Source: Candidatus Altimarinota bacterium
GTDB lineage: Bacteria > Patescibacteriota > Gracilibacteria > UBA4473
NCBI GenBank assembly: GCA_965231215.1
Contig: OZ246423.1
Coordinates: 1,024,001-1,088,000 of the forward strand
DNA length: 64,000 nt
Reading direction: 5' to 3'
Numbering within the stretch: position 1 is the stretch's first letter; every line of letters starts with the position of its first letter. Of this stretch, positions 20,013 through 30,891 are shown piece after piece. Below the pieces are notes generated by a model. The model did not search any database. It had not been told where the DNA came from and saw only the letters and a list, made by a program, of their open reading frames with translations. Position numbers and translations under genes: made by a program.

Positions 20013-22415
20013 ATGCTGTGGCTCCTCAAGAAATTGCAAGTAAGTGAATTTGAAGCTCCAAGGGTCTCGTTTCTCTGGAGCTTGAGATTTTTGTACCAAG
20101 TGGGATTTATCTTTGCGTGGACGGTGATTACAGCCATTTTCCTAGAAATGGTAGGGATTCAGAATGTGCTGTATTTATTTTTGATTGATGCCTGGATTAT
20201 GCTGCTGGGGAGTTATGCAGCGCACTTTTTGTTTCTCAGAATTCCGGCTAATAACTTTATTGTAATAAATATTTTAGGCTGTTTAGGCTGTTTGGCTTTA
20301 GCTGCATTTTTCCGTGAAAATATCGTCTTATTCTTTTTCTTTGCGATTGTGTGTAAAGATTTTTTCTTTGGGCAGCTCAATATTGGTTTGTACCGAAAAA
20401 ATGAATCTATGCTGTCCCCGACAGAAGCCGAAAGACTGATGCCTATTATTGATTCAGCCATTACTATTGCGACAGTATTAGCCGCGTTTTTATTCTTGGT
20501 ATTGCTAGAGTTCTTCCCAACTAAAATACTCCTTTTCTTCTGGGTTATGCCCTTGGTTTTGATGCTGGGATTGGTCACCTTTGGAGATAAAATTCTAAAA
20601 GAAGTACCAAAACTTATTCCAAGACAAAATGAAGGAGAGCATAAAAACAGTTTAGATGAAGCTATGCAGGCGGTTAAGAATGTACCATTTTTAAGATATC
20701 TTTCTGTCGTGGTATGTGCTCAAGCGGCTTTATTTACTATTGCAGAGTTTGAGTTCTTGGCTTACATCAAAGAAAAAGCCACTAAGTCAGAAATGCATTT
20801 TGATCCGCATATGTTGCAGGCCAACCTATTGCATGAGGCTCTTCCAGCACAAATGACAGGCGTTATAGATGGTATGTCTTCTAAGTACTTTATGCAGACG
20901 AGTATTGCGACAGAGCTTGGGGTTTTAGCCCTTATATTTGGACTTATAGCACTGATTGTTCAGGCGGTTTTAGCTCACAAAATTTTAGAACGCATCGGCG
21001 TGATTAAATCGATGATGGTCTTCCTCGGAGGGATGTTAGCGATGGTAGCTACCTTCGTGGCTGGAGGCATTAATATGAAATTTGTTCGAGGGTATCAACA
21101 CGGGTTTGAATCACTTTTTGATTGTGGATATCATATGACTTTTTACTCAGTATTTTCACATAGACGAGAATCTATCCGTCATTTCTTTGAAGGGTTTGTG
21201 CGCCCTGGGGGAATGATTATTGGGGTAGGCGCGATGGTGGCGGCTCAGTTTTTTATAGCTGAACCAGCGGGATTATTGATGTGCGCGATAACGGTCATTC
21301 TGATTGCATTGATGATACCTATGAAAAAGCACTATACCGCGCTTTCTCATTCTAACCTGAAGTCCAAACAAGATATTGCTGCCAAAATGCACTCTATTGA
21401 GATTCTCAGTCAAAAAGGGCATCACCAGGCAGTTGAAATCTTGGGTACAGAGCTTTTGGATAAAACACTTAATCCAGTTATTCGTGAAAAAATCATTGTG
21501 GCTTCCACCCGAATGAATCGTCCCGAGATTATTCATGCCTACCTCAAGATTTTGGGAGACAAGAAAGAAGCTGAAGAACTCAAGATTCAGGTTTTAGAGT
21601 CCTCACTTCAACTTTGTTGCATCTGTGAATACTGGCAAAAGCATGTTTTTGCTCAGTACCACTTTTTGGAAATTCTAAAACAACTTTTTGATCAAACCAA
21701 AAACAGCTATCTCAGAAAACTCATCACGATGAATATCTTTAAACACATGCCACAAGATAGAGTTGTAGAGTTCTTTTTGAAAGTTCTAGACGGAAAAGAT
21801 GAAGAACTTAAATCAGTGTGTTTTCGGTCAGCCGGAGAAATCTTTAAAGATCCAGAGTTGGTCTACTATATCCGTTCATATCTAGAGCAGGGGAGTAGTA
21901 AAATCCGAGGGTATGCCCTTATTGCTTTATGGAATTTTGAGGATCGAAACTATCTTCGCGAAGTCATTGATGGATTGCTCAAATCCAAAAATCCACAAGA
22001 CCGAATTTCGGCCGTATACGCTATTGGAGAAGTTCGAGATCGCCAGAGAGAGATTGAAGTATTGAATATGTTTGACGATATAGATGATGAAGTACATTTA
22101 CACGTACTCATTGCCCTGGCCAAGCTTGGGAATACGGCTTGTGTGCCAGCCCTTTTGGATATTCTTTTTGGAGAAGATTATCAGTTAGCGCGTAAAACCT
22201 TCTTTATGCTTAAACGAGCTCCAGAAATCGCGGCCTTCCTAAGGCGTGAAATACAGTTTGAAGTAGCGAGCAGAGTGATGCAGATTTTAGTGAAAAAACA
22301 GATTGAATCTGCAGAACATATTGCGTTGCTTCCAAAGGAGACTCGGACTTATCTTGGACGGCTTTATCGACTGGCTGAACAGTATGATGAAATCCTTGTT
22401 TTAGAAAGCAATTAA
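20013..22415 (+). CDS. MFS membrane protein (Npt/TLC nucleotide-transporter-like) fused to HEAT repeats
   Basis: About 11-12 hydrophobic segments with 'EAERLMPII', 'VPFLRYL' and 'FFEGFVRPGG', then HEAT-like repeats (RISAVYAIGE, VLIALAKLG). ATG at 20013 preferred to the TTG at 19959. Confidence 0.65.
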   Translation: MLWLLKKLQVSEFEAPRVSFLWSLRFLYQVGFIFAWTVITAIFLEMVGIQNVLYLFLIDAWIMLLGSYAAHFLFLRIPANNFIVINILGCLGCLALAAFFRENIVLFFFFAIVCKDFFFGQLNIGLYRKNESMLSPTEAERLMPIIDSAITIATVLAAFLFLVLLEFFPTKILLFFWVMPLVLMLGLVTFGDKILKEVPKLIPRQNEGEHKNSLDEAMQAVKNVPFLRYLSVVVCAQAALFTIAEFEFLAYIKEKATKSEMHFDPHMLQANLLHEALPAQMTGVIDGMSSKYFMQTSIATELGVLALIFGLIALIVQAVLAHKILERIGVIKSMMVFLGGMLAMVATFVAGGINMKFVRGYQHGFESLFDCGYHMTFYSVFSHRRESIRHFFEGFVRPGGMIIGVGAMVAAQFFIAEPAGLLMCAITVILIALMIPMKKHYTALSHSNLKSKQDIAAKMHSIEILSQKGHHQAVEILGTELLDKTLNPVIREKIIVASTRMNRPEIIHAYLKILGDKKEAEELKIQVLESSLQLCCICEYWQKHVFAQYHFLEILKQLFDQTKNSYLRKLITMNIFKHMPQDRVVEFFLKVLDGKDEELKSVCFRSAGEIFKDPELVYYIRSYLEQGSSKIRGYALIALWNFEDRNYLREVIDGLLKSKNPQDRISAVYAIGEVRDRQREIEVLNMFDDIDDEVHLHVLIALAKLGNTACVPALLDILFGEDYQLARKTFFMLKRAPEIAAFLRREIQFEVASRVMQILVKKQIESAEHIALLPKETRTYLGRLYRLAEQYDEILVLESN

Positions 22416-22534
22416 GCAGGATTTGATTTATTTTTTTGATAAGATCAATCGCAAAGTCTTTTTGAAAAATTTTTCTCAAAAATTTTAGCAGACAAATAAA
22501 TTCAGTACTTTTTTAAAAAAAATCGTTTCTTCAT

Positions 22535-22570
22535 TTGACATTTGTAGTGGATTTACCAGAATTCGCGAGA
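22535..22570 (+). promoter_or_regulatory. Putative promoter 1 of V/A-ATPase genes
   Basis: TTGACA, 16 nt, CAGAAT, then TCGCGAGA. Confidence 0.55.
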
Positions 22571-22586
22571 TTAAACAATATTGCCA

Positions 22587-22919
22587 ATGTCAAACGCCAA
22601 AAACGACGATTTTTTACAACAAATTCTTGAGGCAGAAACTCAAGCAAAACGCGACACAGCGAAAGCTCAAAAAGCGCAAGGAGCGGAACTAGCTAATTAT
22701 GAAAAAAAACTTGAAGCTAAAAACGCTGATGTTTTAGACACACAAAGAGAAAAAGCTCGAGAACAAATCAAAGATCGTCAGGCTTTGGCCAAGAAGAATT
22801 ACGAGAAAATGATCATTGAGGGAAAACGAGAAGCCGAAACACTAGAAAAAGAACTAGAGGGGAAAATCGAAAAGCAAATGCCTCTCGCTCAAAGTTACCT
22901 TGTAACAGAGCTGCTTTAA
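22587..22919 (+). CDS. V/A-type ATPase peripheral stalk subunit G/H
   Basis: Short charged coiled coil (ILEAETQAK...) directly upstream of subunit I. Confidence 0.7.
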   Translation: MSNAKNDDFLQQILEAETQAKRDTAKAQKAQGAELANYEKKLEAKNADVLDTQREKAREQIKDRQALAKKNYEKMIIEGKREAETLEKELEGKIEKQMPLAQSYLVTELL

Positions 22920-22955
22920 CAAATTAAAAATTTTAGAAGCTTTTGAAATTAGCCC

Positions 22956-22978
22956 ATTAGCAAACTAGCACATTATTA
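22956..22978 (+). repeat. Direct repeat ATTAGCAAACTAGCACATTA, copy upstream of atpI
   Basis: Identical 20-mer at 26509-26528; 17-nt AAACTAGCACATTATTA also at 26531-26547. Confidence 0.8.
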
Positions 22979-22984
22979 ACCTTC

Positions 22985-24988
22985 ATGAAATCTGACCTCA
23001 AACGCATTCGAATCACCGGATTCCGAAAACACTATAAAATTCTTATGCAAGAACTCCACCGCAGTGGAATAGTTCAGATTGATGAAAGTCCAGAATTTGT
23101 ACAAAAATCAGTAACCAAAGACGTGGATGATCATTTTGGAGTGTTTGATTTGGCACGAACTCAGTTTGCGATTGATTTCCTGTCTCCATTTGCGCCAGCT
23201 AAAAAGAAGTTAGACAATATACTTTCTGGAGGGAAATTAGTCCTTAGAGAGAAAGAGGCAAAAGAAAGACTTAAAAACTTTGGAACTCAAGCACACAAAA
23301 TTATTGAAGAGTGTGAAACCCTCGAGGCGGATCTAGTAAAGAGCAAAAATGAATTGGTTCAAATTCCAATGCAATTAGAATTAGCCAAAAATCTACACCA
23401 TTTCAAATCTGGGGTAAGCGAAAGCTACGAAACAGACCAGACTCAAACCTGGATTGGGAAAGTGCCAGTCACGAGCCAAAAATCGTTTTTAGAAATTATC
23501 GCTGCAGAATCTAATCTCTTAGATGTGCAAGTTTTGGGAAAAGACAAAAAATTTGTATATGTACGCATTACGGCGCTTAAAGAACTAATGGAATTTATCA
23601 GCCAGAAACTTCAAGAATATCAATTTGAAGCGCTGAGTCTGACCGATATCTTTGATGGATTTGAAGGAAATTCAATCTCAGAAATCAAATACGAACTAGA
23701 AAAGAAAGAAAAAAGACTCGTTAGCGATATAGCTTCATTTGAAGCTCAAATTAGTAAATTGGCCGAACATCACGATGATCTTAAAATTTTGTTTGAATAC
23801 AATCAGTGGCGGAAAACCAAAAATGACCTACAACAAAAAATCTTCATCTCAGAGCAGACCTTTGCCTTTGAAGGATGGATCATCGCCAGTGGATTTGAAA
23901 AATGTAAAACCTGGGTAAAAAACGCTTTTGTTGGAGAAGTCATAATTGAAGCAATTGAGATTGAAGAAGGCCAAGAAATGCCAGTACTTTTGAGCAACAA
24001 ACTAACCCTAAACTCATTTGAGCCAGTAACAGAAATGTACGGACTACCTCAAGCCAAAGAGTTTGATCCAACGCCCTTCTTTGCGCCCTTCTTCCTGATC
24101 TTTTTTGGGTTGTGTCTTTCTGATGTGGGATACGGATCAATTTTAGCCGGGATCGCTGCTGTGTTCTTGGTATTTGGTCAGTTCTCAAGTGCTGCAAAAG
24201 TGACGTTGCGATTACTCCTTTACTGTGGAATGGCCGCCATTGTTGGGGGAATTTTACTGGGAGGATATTTTGGAATCACTCCAGAACAAATGCCATTCCT
24301 GGTAAATCCAGAAACCGGCAAGTTCTACGGACAAATGATTAACCCAACAGAAGGATCTGGACCTATTACATTCCTCATTATTTCGCTCGCCTTGGGGGCT
24401 ATTCAACTGCTGTTTGGGATGCTTATTGCTTTTGCTCAGCAGATCAAAAACAAAGACTACGATGGAGCGTTCTTTGACACGGCAGCTTGGATATTTGCGC
24501 TGTCTACCATCGGACTTTTTGGACTCTCAGAGATGATTGGATTTGATCAGACTACTGCCAAATACCTAGCGATTACTGGAGCTGTTGGGCTCGTATTGAC
24601 TCAAGGACGACAGCAAAAAAACTGGCTTCTAAAACCCGTATTCGGTCTACTTGGACTCTACAACATTACTAACTACCTTTCTGACCTTTTGAGTTACTCT
24701 CGTATTATGGCTCTGGGGTTGGCTACCGGCGTCGTAGGATTTGCGATGAATCTAACCGCGGGAATCTTTGGGGAAATGATGCCAAACCCAATTTTGGGGA
24801 TTGTGATAGCAACCTTTGTAGTTCTCTTTGGACATTTCCTTAATTTCTCACTTTCGCTACTTGGAGCCTTCATTCACTCAGGGCGTCTTCAATTTATTGA
24901 GTTCTTTGGGAAGTTCTACGAAGGAGGGGGAAGCAAGTTTAATCCTTTTGTACGACAATCTAAATACCTCTTCCTTAAAGGAGAATAG
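22985..24988 (+). CDS. atpI: V/A-type ATPase subunit I (a; NtpI)
   Basis: MYGLP..EFDPT, DVGYG, SDLLSYSRIMALGLA and HSGRLQFIEFFGKFYEGGG. Confidence 0.96.
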   Translation: MKSDLKRIRITGFRKHYKILMQELHRSGIVQIDESPEFVQKSVTKDVDDHFGVFDLARTQFAIDFLSPFAPAKKKLDNILSGGKLVLREKEAKERLKNFGTQAHKIIEECETLEADLVKSKNELVQIPMQLELAKNLHHFKSGVSESYETDQTQTWIGKVPVTSQKSFLEIIAAESNLLDVQVLGKDKKFVYVRITALKELMEFISQKLQEYQFEALSLTDIFDGFEGNSISEIKYELEKKEKRLVSDIASFEAQISKLAEHHDDLKILFEYNQWRKTKNDLQQKIFISEQTFAFEGWIIASGFEKCKTWVKNAFVGEVIIEAIEIEEGQEMPVLLSNKLTLNSFEPVTEMYGLPQAKEFDPTPFFAPFFLIFFGLCLSDVGYGSILAGIAAVFLVFGQFSSAAKVTLRLLLYCGMAAIVGGILLGGYFGITPEQMPFLVNPETGKFYGQMINPTEGSGPITFLIISLALGAIQLLFGMLIAFAQQIKNKDYDGAFFDTAAWIFALSTIGLFGLSEMIGFDQTTAKYLAITGAVGLVLTQGRQQKNWLLKPVFGLLGLYNITNYLSDLLSYSRIMALGLATGVVGFAMNLTAGIFGEMMPNPILGIVIATFVVLFGHFLNFSLSLLGAFIHSGRLQFIEFFGKFYEGGGSKFNPFVRQSKYLFLKGE

Positions 24989-25028
24989 TATTATTGGAGC
25001 AATAAGATTCTCGGCTTAACTGAACAAT

Positions 25029-25095
25029 ATCATTGCGAGGTCTCCAAATTTACGATTTAACACGAAGTAATCTCGTTTTATTTAAGATTCCTCTA
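25029..25095. repeat. Degenerate REP-like remnant
   Basis: TCATTGCGAGG...CACGAAGTAATCTC...AGATT resembles the GTCATTGCGAG...GAAGCAATC class of palindromic repeats. Confidence 0.35.
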
Positions 25096-25252
25096 TATTT
25101 ATTTTTAGAAATATCGAAGCGGTGGTTTTAACTGTATGATTTTTTACTTAAATTTAATGGCTCAATAAGAGCCTGTAATTACAAAAACTTAGTCTACAAA
25201 AAAAATCCCTTTAAAGGCTTCATTTAATTATAATAAAAAAACACTTTTATAT

Positions 25253-25288
25253 TTGACATTCAGCCCCATTTTAAAAGAATAGCGCAGA
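25253..25288 (+). promoter_or_regulatory. Putative promoter 2 of V/A-ATPase genes
   Basis: TTGACA, 16 nt, AAGAAT, then AGCGCAGA. Confidence 0.55.
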
Positions 25289-25312
25289 AATTTTCTAACA
25301 CTAATTTTTTAA

Positions 25313-25786
<474 letters not shown>

Positions 25787-25827
25787 GCAATAATTGTTGC
25801 TTAATCCTTTAATTTTATTAAATACAC

Positions 25828-26382
25828 ATGTCTTTGCAGGATATTTTGAAAAAGATCGCTCTTAGCTCTCAAGCTGAAATTGAAAAAATTGAGGCCGAAA
25901 CGGCTCAACGTAAAGGGGAATTGGACAAGGCTTCAGAGGCTAAGGCTAAAGAACAAAAAGCTGAATTAGAAGCCAAAACTCAAGCCGCGCTTAAAGCCGT
26001 GGATGACAAAACCGCTTCTATGGCTAGGCGAGAAAACGCTCAGCTTTTGCTTAAAACCAAGCGGAAAATGCTTGATAAAGCTATGACTCAACTACTCCAA
26101 AGTTTAGAACAAGCTGATGACACACTTTATGAGGATATAACCAAAAAACTTATCGCTAAATTACCTTTTACAAAAGGCACTATGTATGTCCCAGAAGCAC
26201 GAGTAACACTCATGAAGTCTCTGGCTAAGGGGTTTGAAGTTCAAGCCCATAAATCACTCAAAGGTGGATTTATCGCGAGTGACGCTGGAGCTGAAGTAGA
26301 CAACTCTTTTGAAAATCTTGTATTCTCAGAATACGCTTCAGAGCTAGAAATGTTTCTTTCCGACCAACTAAAATTAGTGTAA
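25828..26382 (+). CDS. atpE: V/A-type ATPase subunit E (NtpE)
   Basis: MSLQDILKKI start, coiled coil, GGFI...EVDNSFE; operon position. Confidence 0.88.
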   Translation: MSLQDILKKIALSSQAEIEKIEAETAQRKGELDKASEAKAKEQKAELEAKTQAALKAVDDKTASMARRENAQLLLKTKRKMLDKAMTQLLQSLEQADDTLYEDITKKLIAKLPFTKGTMYVPEARVTLMKSLAKGFEVQAHKSLKGGFIASDAGAEVDNSFENLVFSEYASELEMFLSDQLKLV

Positions 26383-26384
26383 AA

Positions 26385-26505
26385 AATGCTGAAAAACGTC
26401 GAATTTCATCGTCAATCACAAAAATGTCCTCGGACGTGTATTAATTCTATACACTTACCTGCGGGATTTTTGTGTTTCCTTGAACTTCTCGTTTTTGAAC
26501 CTTTT
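26385..26505. repeat. About 120-nt imperfect palindromic element (RPE/MITE-like)
   Basis: Nested inverted arms AAAAACG/CGTTTTT, CACAAAAAT/ATTTTTGTG and GTGTAT/ATACAC. Confidence 0.65.
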
Positions 26506-26508
26506 TCT

Positions 26509-26547
26509 ATTAGCAAACTAGCACATTAAAAAACTAGCACATTATTA
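26509..26547 (+). repeat. Direct repeat copies upstream of atpC
   Basis: ATTAGCAAACTAGCACATTA-AA-AAACTAGCACATTATTA, ending at the start codon. Confidence 0.8.
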
Positions 26548-27554
26548 TGAGTGATCTTATTGGAATTTGTGGACAAGTACGAGGACTAGAACCTCGGCTT
26601 TTGGATAAAAATAGGCTCGACCGAATGGTAGGGGCAACAAATGCTGATGAAGCGTTTAAAGTTTTATCAGAACTACAATATGCTGAATACCTGGATCAAG
26701 AAACCACACTAGCTGATTTTGACCAAATCATTACACAAGGTCTTTTTGAAACCAAAGAAGTACTCAGTGCAGGCAGTAATGACCACCCAGGAATGCAGTT
26801 TTTGTGGCTTAAATTTGACATTAATAACTTAGCCCGAGCTCTTAAACAAAAACTCATTGAAGGTAAATCAAACCTTGAAAACTTTGCCGATGACAAAAGT
26901 TTCTCCTCTTTGGGAGACCTTACGGAAGCTGATATTCAGCGAATTGTATTTGAAAGAAAACCAAGTGGGCCACTTCCATTTCAGGTGTTAGAAGTCGTAA
27001 TGGAGGCAGAAAATACCTGGAACAAAACCAAAGAATTTAGAGATATTGAATTTGGTTTGGACCAGGCTTATTTTAATCACCTGAATTTACTGGTTACCGA
27101 ATCTGGAGATGATTTTTTAGCTGAATTCTTCGACTTTATGGTGAACCTAATTCAGGTTCGGAATGTCGCCCGCTGTGTACTGGTAATGAAAGAACCTATT
27201 CCAGAACACGGGCATTTGCCTTTCGGCCATTTCAATGCCGAAAAAGTAGCCAAGATCACCAACATCGATGATCTGGTAAAAATGGTGAAGCCAACGGAGT
27301 TTAACATCATTACGAAGCGTATTTTGGATCAAGATTCTCCAACTCAAAAAATGCTCAAAATTGAGCAAAACCTAGATGAACTTTATAACTACTTTTTGAG
27401 CAGTAGAGCCGTTGGTTCTATTGATGGCGTGGCTATACTACTCAATTATTTTGAGCAACGTTTGCAGAACGCTCGTCTGATTAAACTCGTTATGTATGGG
27501 AAAATGAATGGCCTTACTGCTGAGCAGATTTATGATTTAATTGAAAATAACTAA
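26547..27554 (+). CDS. atpC: V/A-type ATPase subunit C (d; NtpC)
   Basis: VRGLEPRLL...RM, FDINNL, LDQAYF and IKLVMYGKMNGL; operon position. Confidence 0.9.
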   Translation: MSDLIGICGQVRGLEPRLLDKNRLDRMVGATNADEAFKVLSELQYAEYLDQETTLADFDQIITQGLFETKEVLSAGSNDHPGMQFLWLKFDINNLARALKQKLIEGKSNLENFADDKSFSSLGDLTEADIQRIVFERKPSGPLPFQVLEVVMEAENTWNKTKEFRDIEFGLDQAYFNHLNLLVTESGDDFLAEFFDFMVNLIQVRNVARCVLVMKEPIPEHGHLPFGHFNAEKVAKITNIDDLVKMVKPTEFNIITKRILDQDSPTQKMLKIEQNLDELYNYFLSSRAVGSIDGVAILLNYFEQRLQNARLIKLVMYGKMNGLTAEQIYDLIENN

Positions 27555-27910
27555 TGACAGATCAAACTTTCCGATTCGCGGTAGTAGGAAACCTTAGCTC
27601 TGTACTAATCTACAAAGCTATCGGAGCCGAAACATATGCTGTGAGCCAAGTAGACACAGCCAAAGCTAAGGCCGAAGAACTCTTCAGAGCCGATCGTGGA
27701 GACGAAGCCAAAACAGCTCAATACGCCGTGGTTTTTGTGGAAGAAGAGTACTACAAAGAATTTCCAGATGATCTGGTTGAGAAATTTACCAAAAAACCGC
27801 TTCCAGCGGTTATTCCAGTACCATCACCAAATTCAGGAGACGATAACTTTGCCGGGAACCGACTCCGAAAAATCGTAGAACGAGCGGTTGGTTCAGATAT
27901 TTTGGGTTAG
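27554..27910 (+). CDS. atpF: V/A-type ATPase subunit F
   Basis: AVVG...YKAIG, PAVIPVP and IVERAVGSDI. Confidence 0.92.
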   Translation: MTDQTFRFAVVGNLSSVLIYKAIGAETYAVSQVDTAKAKAEELFRADRGDEAKTAQYAVVFVEEEYYKEFPDDLVEKFTKKPLPAVIPVPSPNSGDDNFAGNRLRKIVERAVGSDILG

Positions 27911-27911
27911 G

Positions 27912-30854
27912 CTAGTTATTGCTATCAAAATTTTGATTGGCAGCGATTAATGCTGCTACTTTTTTTTGCACTGGCCCGTAGAGTGGATTATCTGTAGCGG
28001 CCTTGTTTTCTGGATTAGCCGTAAGAAATATCCCTAAATGATCTGGCTGGGTGTTTGGAATAGTGAATTTTTTATCCAATCCTCTTTCTGTTGAATCTTT
28101 ATACCAAACTGCCACATTACGTTGATCTTTAGTATCGTGTAATCGTGGAGGGGTAATCCGAATAACCTGAGTTTCAGTATGGTACCAGAAGGCTCCCTCT
28201 GCATCTTTTTTGACATATAGAGCCTCTTTCATTACTTCCGGATTAGTAAGGCTCTGAACGGTTAAAAACGGTTGGTAGTCTGCACGAGCAAACATAATAT
28301 TTTGTACCCCCACATAGGCACATTTATCCATATTTTCAAACTGTTGTACGACTTGATTTCCAATAAGAGATTGAGCGGTTTTTATAATATCGGCACTTCC
28401 GTTAGTGAAGAGTTCGTTTCGAGCTAAAACATCGAAACTTGGTTTTTTATCATCATCAAGCAGATTAGCTACTGCATTGGGGTTATTAAGGCCTAGCTCT
28501 TTCAAACGCCGATCAATGGTTCTTTCTGAGATTGCGGCTAAACGTTTAATATTTGAGCTAATATTTCCTGGTAAATTGGGGAAGGTAAAATTTTTGATTT
28601 TTTCTACTTTACCAATAGCTCCACCATCTTCTCCACTATTCAAGAACTGAGTTAATCTTTCTAAATCTTTTCTAATAGCTGTCCAAGGAGCCTCTAATCC
28701 ACCACCTCCAGTACCAATGGCTCCCTCTGAAGATCCATCAGCTGTCGTAGCAGGGGTGTTCCCACTTCCGCCCATACCACCAAATACAGCAGTATTACCG
28801 AATCCTGATTCTCCTTTTCGAGTAATTTCCTTTAATAATACATCTTTTTCTTGATATTCTTTTTCACGTGCTTCAACCCACTTAGGATCTTGATCAATAA
28901 AAGCCTCTAGATTTTTTCTGTCTTCTACTAATTTTGGATAAACTTCTTGTATATAATTTATCTTTGGGTAGAGATTGATGATATTGCTCAGCAAGCTGGC
29001 TTCATATTCAGGAACATCTTTTAGAAGTACATCAATATCAATATCTCCAAAGTTACCATCTTGGTTTGGCTTTGCTCCTAATAACTTAAAAAATAGTCGA
29101 AAGTTATCTAAGAGTGTAGGGAAAATTCTTAAAGCTTCTTGAGCTCCACCTTTTTCAGTAGAAATTAGTTTTTCGCCTAAATTAGGTAACTCATTTGCAA
29201 AATTACCTAGGCTTTGTGCTACTAATTTCCCTTGGTTTAGGGCTTCAGCTCGCCAAACAAGACTGCTTTTTTCTTCAATTCCTCCAGAGATAGCAGATTT
29301 TTCTAATTCAGTTCGTTTCAAAATCATAAATTGAGCGAGCTTTCCTTGTAGTTTTGGAGGAAGCCGTCTTAAGGCACTTAGGGTCCGGTCTTTTCCTAAG
29401 AAATCAATAATGTGCCAGAATAGTTCTAAAGGACTGAGATAGATATCTCCATTTTGAATTTGGGACTGTATATCTTGTAGTTTACCTGGAACGGCTGATC
29501 CAAGAGCCGTAAGAATTTCATCATTTAGAGCGCTTGGGTTTTGGGTATTAGCGGTGAAGTCTTTGTCTGGTTCGTACTGCTCTAAGAGGTAGATTTCTAC
29601 TTGCTGAAAACTGGTATCCTTAAATCCCTGCAGAGCTTTGGCACGAGTATCTAAACCTTTTAGATTCCTAAGAGTATTGTAGTGGTTTAACTGCCAGTGA
29701 TTTACGGTAATGGCTGAATCTAAGAAATTTTGGCTATCTATCTTACTAGTCAAAAATTCCATATTTGGAGCTCTCAAAGCTTCAAGTACATCTAATGGAT
29801 TAAAGCTTCCTCCAAAAATATCCTTTGGCTCAATACCATTAATAGTAAAATTTGAATCGGAAGGATTTTTACTGAATTCATCTGGTTTATTGATAATGAG
29901 TTGGATTACCCTTCGACCGGCATCAAGTTCTTTCGTATTAGCACTTCCTTCAGGTTGCCTAGGAATCAAAAATTGATCTATAGCTTGTTGAATTCCAAAG
30001 ACAGATTCCTCTTTTGACTGTTTTAGGCTGCGTATATTTGACCTGATTTCATCATATCCTTCTTTGTATCTAGACTTGGCCCAGGCAACTCTTTTCCGGT
30101 AAAGAAGGTTTTGAGCAAAACCTTTACGCAGAGCTCTTTTCCACCATACAGCTCCAGTTTCTTCATCTCTTTCACCAGTCAGAATATTATATCCAGATTT
30201 CGCGTAAAATTCAGCAGCACGAGCTTCATTAATTTGATTGATTGTCTCAAAGGCTTCATCATTTACCGATTCTAAAATCTGTAGGCTTGTAAGAGACATG
30301 TTATCTAGGTTTCCTCGACTACTCTTAATTCCCTTAAGAGACTCTTCAATTTGGTTGCTTTTGACCAAAGATTTAGCCATTTTAATACTGAGAAGAGGGG
30401 AGTCCCCCAATAAATCTGCAGGATCTCCAAGAGACTTAAAGCCTTCTTTTAGTTGTGTTGTGATCACGCTGGCCGGAGTAAATCCCGCAGGAGCCGCAAA
30501 GAATGGATTCAGAAGATAAAGGTTAGTATAGCCTTTAAATTCTGGTGGTACAAAAATTCTGGACAAAAAGCTCCCCCCAAGATTAGCATTAATGGCTCCT
30601 TCAGACCCTTGAGTTACGATTTCGCTAACTCGGTTATTAAAGTTTTTAACTGTATCTGGAGCATTGATTCCTGTACCGGCTTCTTGATTTGTTTGTAGTA
30701 CTGGTGTGTCGTTATCGTTAGCCGCTCTAAGATCTAAACTTCCCAGCAATCTATTTCCTCCATTGGCTTCACTATCTTCCTGAGGCATAGCGCTATAGTT
30801 CACCCTCCGCTGATTTGCGGTTGATGTAGCGTTAAATTTTTGGAGGAATTTCAT
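27912..30854 (-). CDS. Large hypothetical protein (980 aa), mostly helical
   Basis: Long ORF with a Gly-rich linker; no recognised catalytic motif. Confidence 0.75.
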   Translation of the reverse strand: MKFLQKFNATSTANQRRVNYSAMPQEDSEANGGNRLLGSLDLRAANDNDTPVLQTNQEAGTGINAPDTVKNFNNRVSEIVTQGSEGAINANLGGSFLSRIFVPPEFKGYTNLYLLNPFFAAPAGFTPASVITTQLKEGFKSLGDPADLLGDSPLLSIKMAKSLVKSNQIEESLKGIKSSRGNLDNMSLTSLQILESVNDEAFETINQINEARAAEFYAKSGYNILTGERDEETGAVWWKRALRKGFAQNLLYRKRVAWAKSRYKEGYDEIRSNIRSLKQSKEESVFGIQQAIDQFLIPRQPEGSANTKELDAGRRVIQLIINKPDEFSKNPSDSNFTINGIEPKDIFGGSFNPLDVLEALRAPNMEFLTSKIDSQNFLDSAITVNHWQLNHYNTLRNLKGLDTRAKALQGFKDTSFQQVEIYLLEQYEPDKDFTANTQNPSALNDEILTALGSAVPGKLQDIQSQIQNGDIYLSPLELFWHIIDFLGKDRTLSALRRLPPKLQGKLAQFMILKRTELEKSAISGGIEEKSSLVWRAEALNQGKLVAQSLGNFANELPNLGEKLISTEKGGAQEALRIFPTLLDNFRLFFKLLGAKPNQDGNFGDIDIDVLLKDVPEYEASLLSNIINLYPKINYIQEVYPKLVEDRKNLEAFIDQDPKWVEAREKEYQEKDVLLKEITRKGESGFGNTAVFGGMGGSGNTPATTADGSSEGAIGTGGGGLEAPWTAIRKDLERLTQFLNSGEDGGAIGKVEKIKNFTFPNLPGNISSNIKRLAAISERTIDRRLKELGLNNPNAVANLLDDDKKPSFDVLARNELFTNGSADIIKTAQSLIGNQVVQQFENMDKCAYVGVQNIMFARADYQPFLTVQSLTNPEVMKEALYVKKDAEGAFWYHTETQVIRITPPRLHDTKDQRNVAVWYKDSTERGLDKKFTIPNTQPDHLGIFLTANPENKAATDNPLYGPVQKKVAALIAANQNFDSNN

Positions 30855-30891
30855 GCGATGTTTATAAAACTTTTTCTAGAAAAGTCAATTA

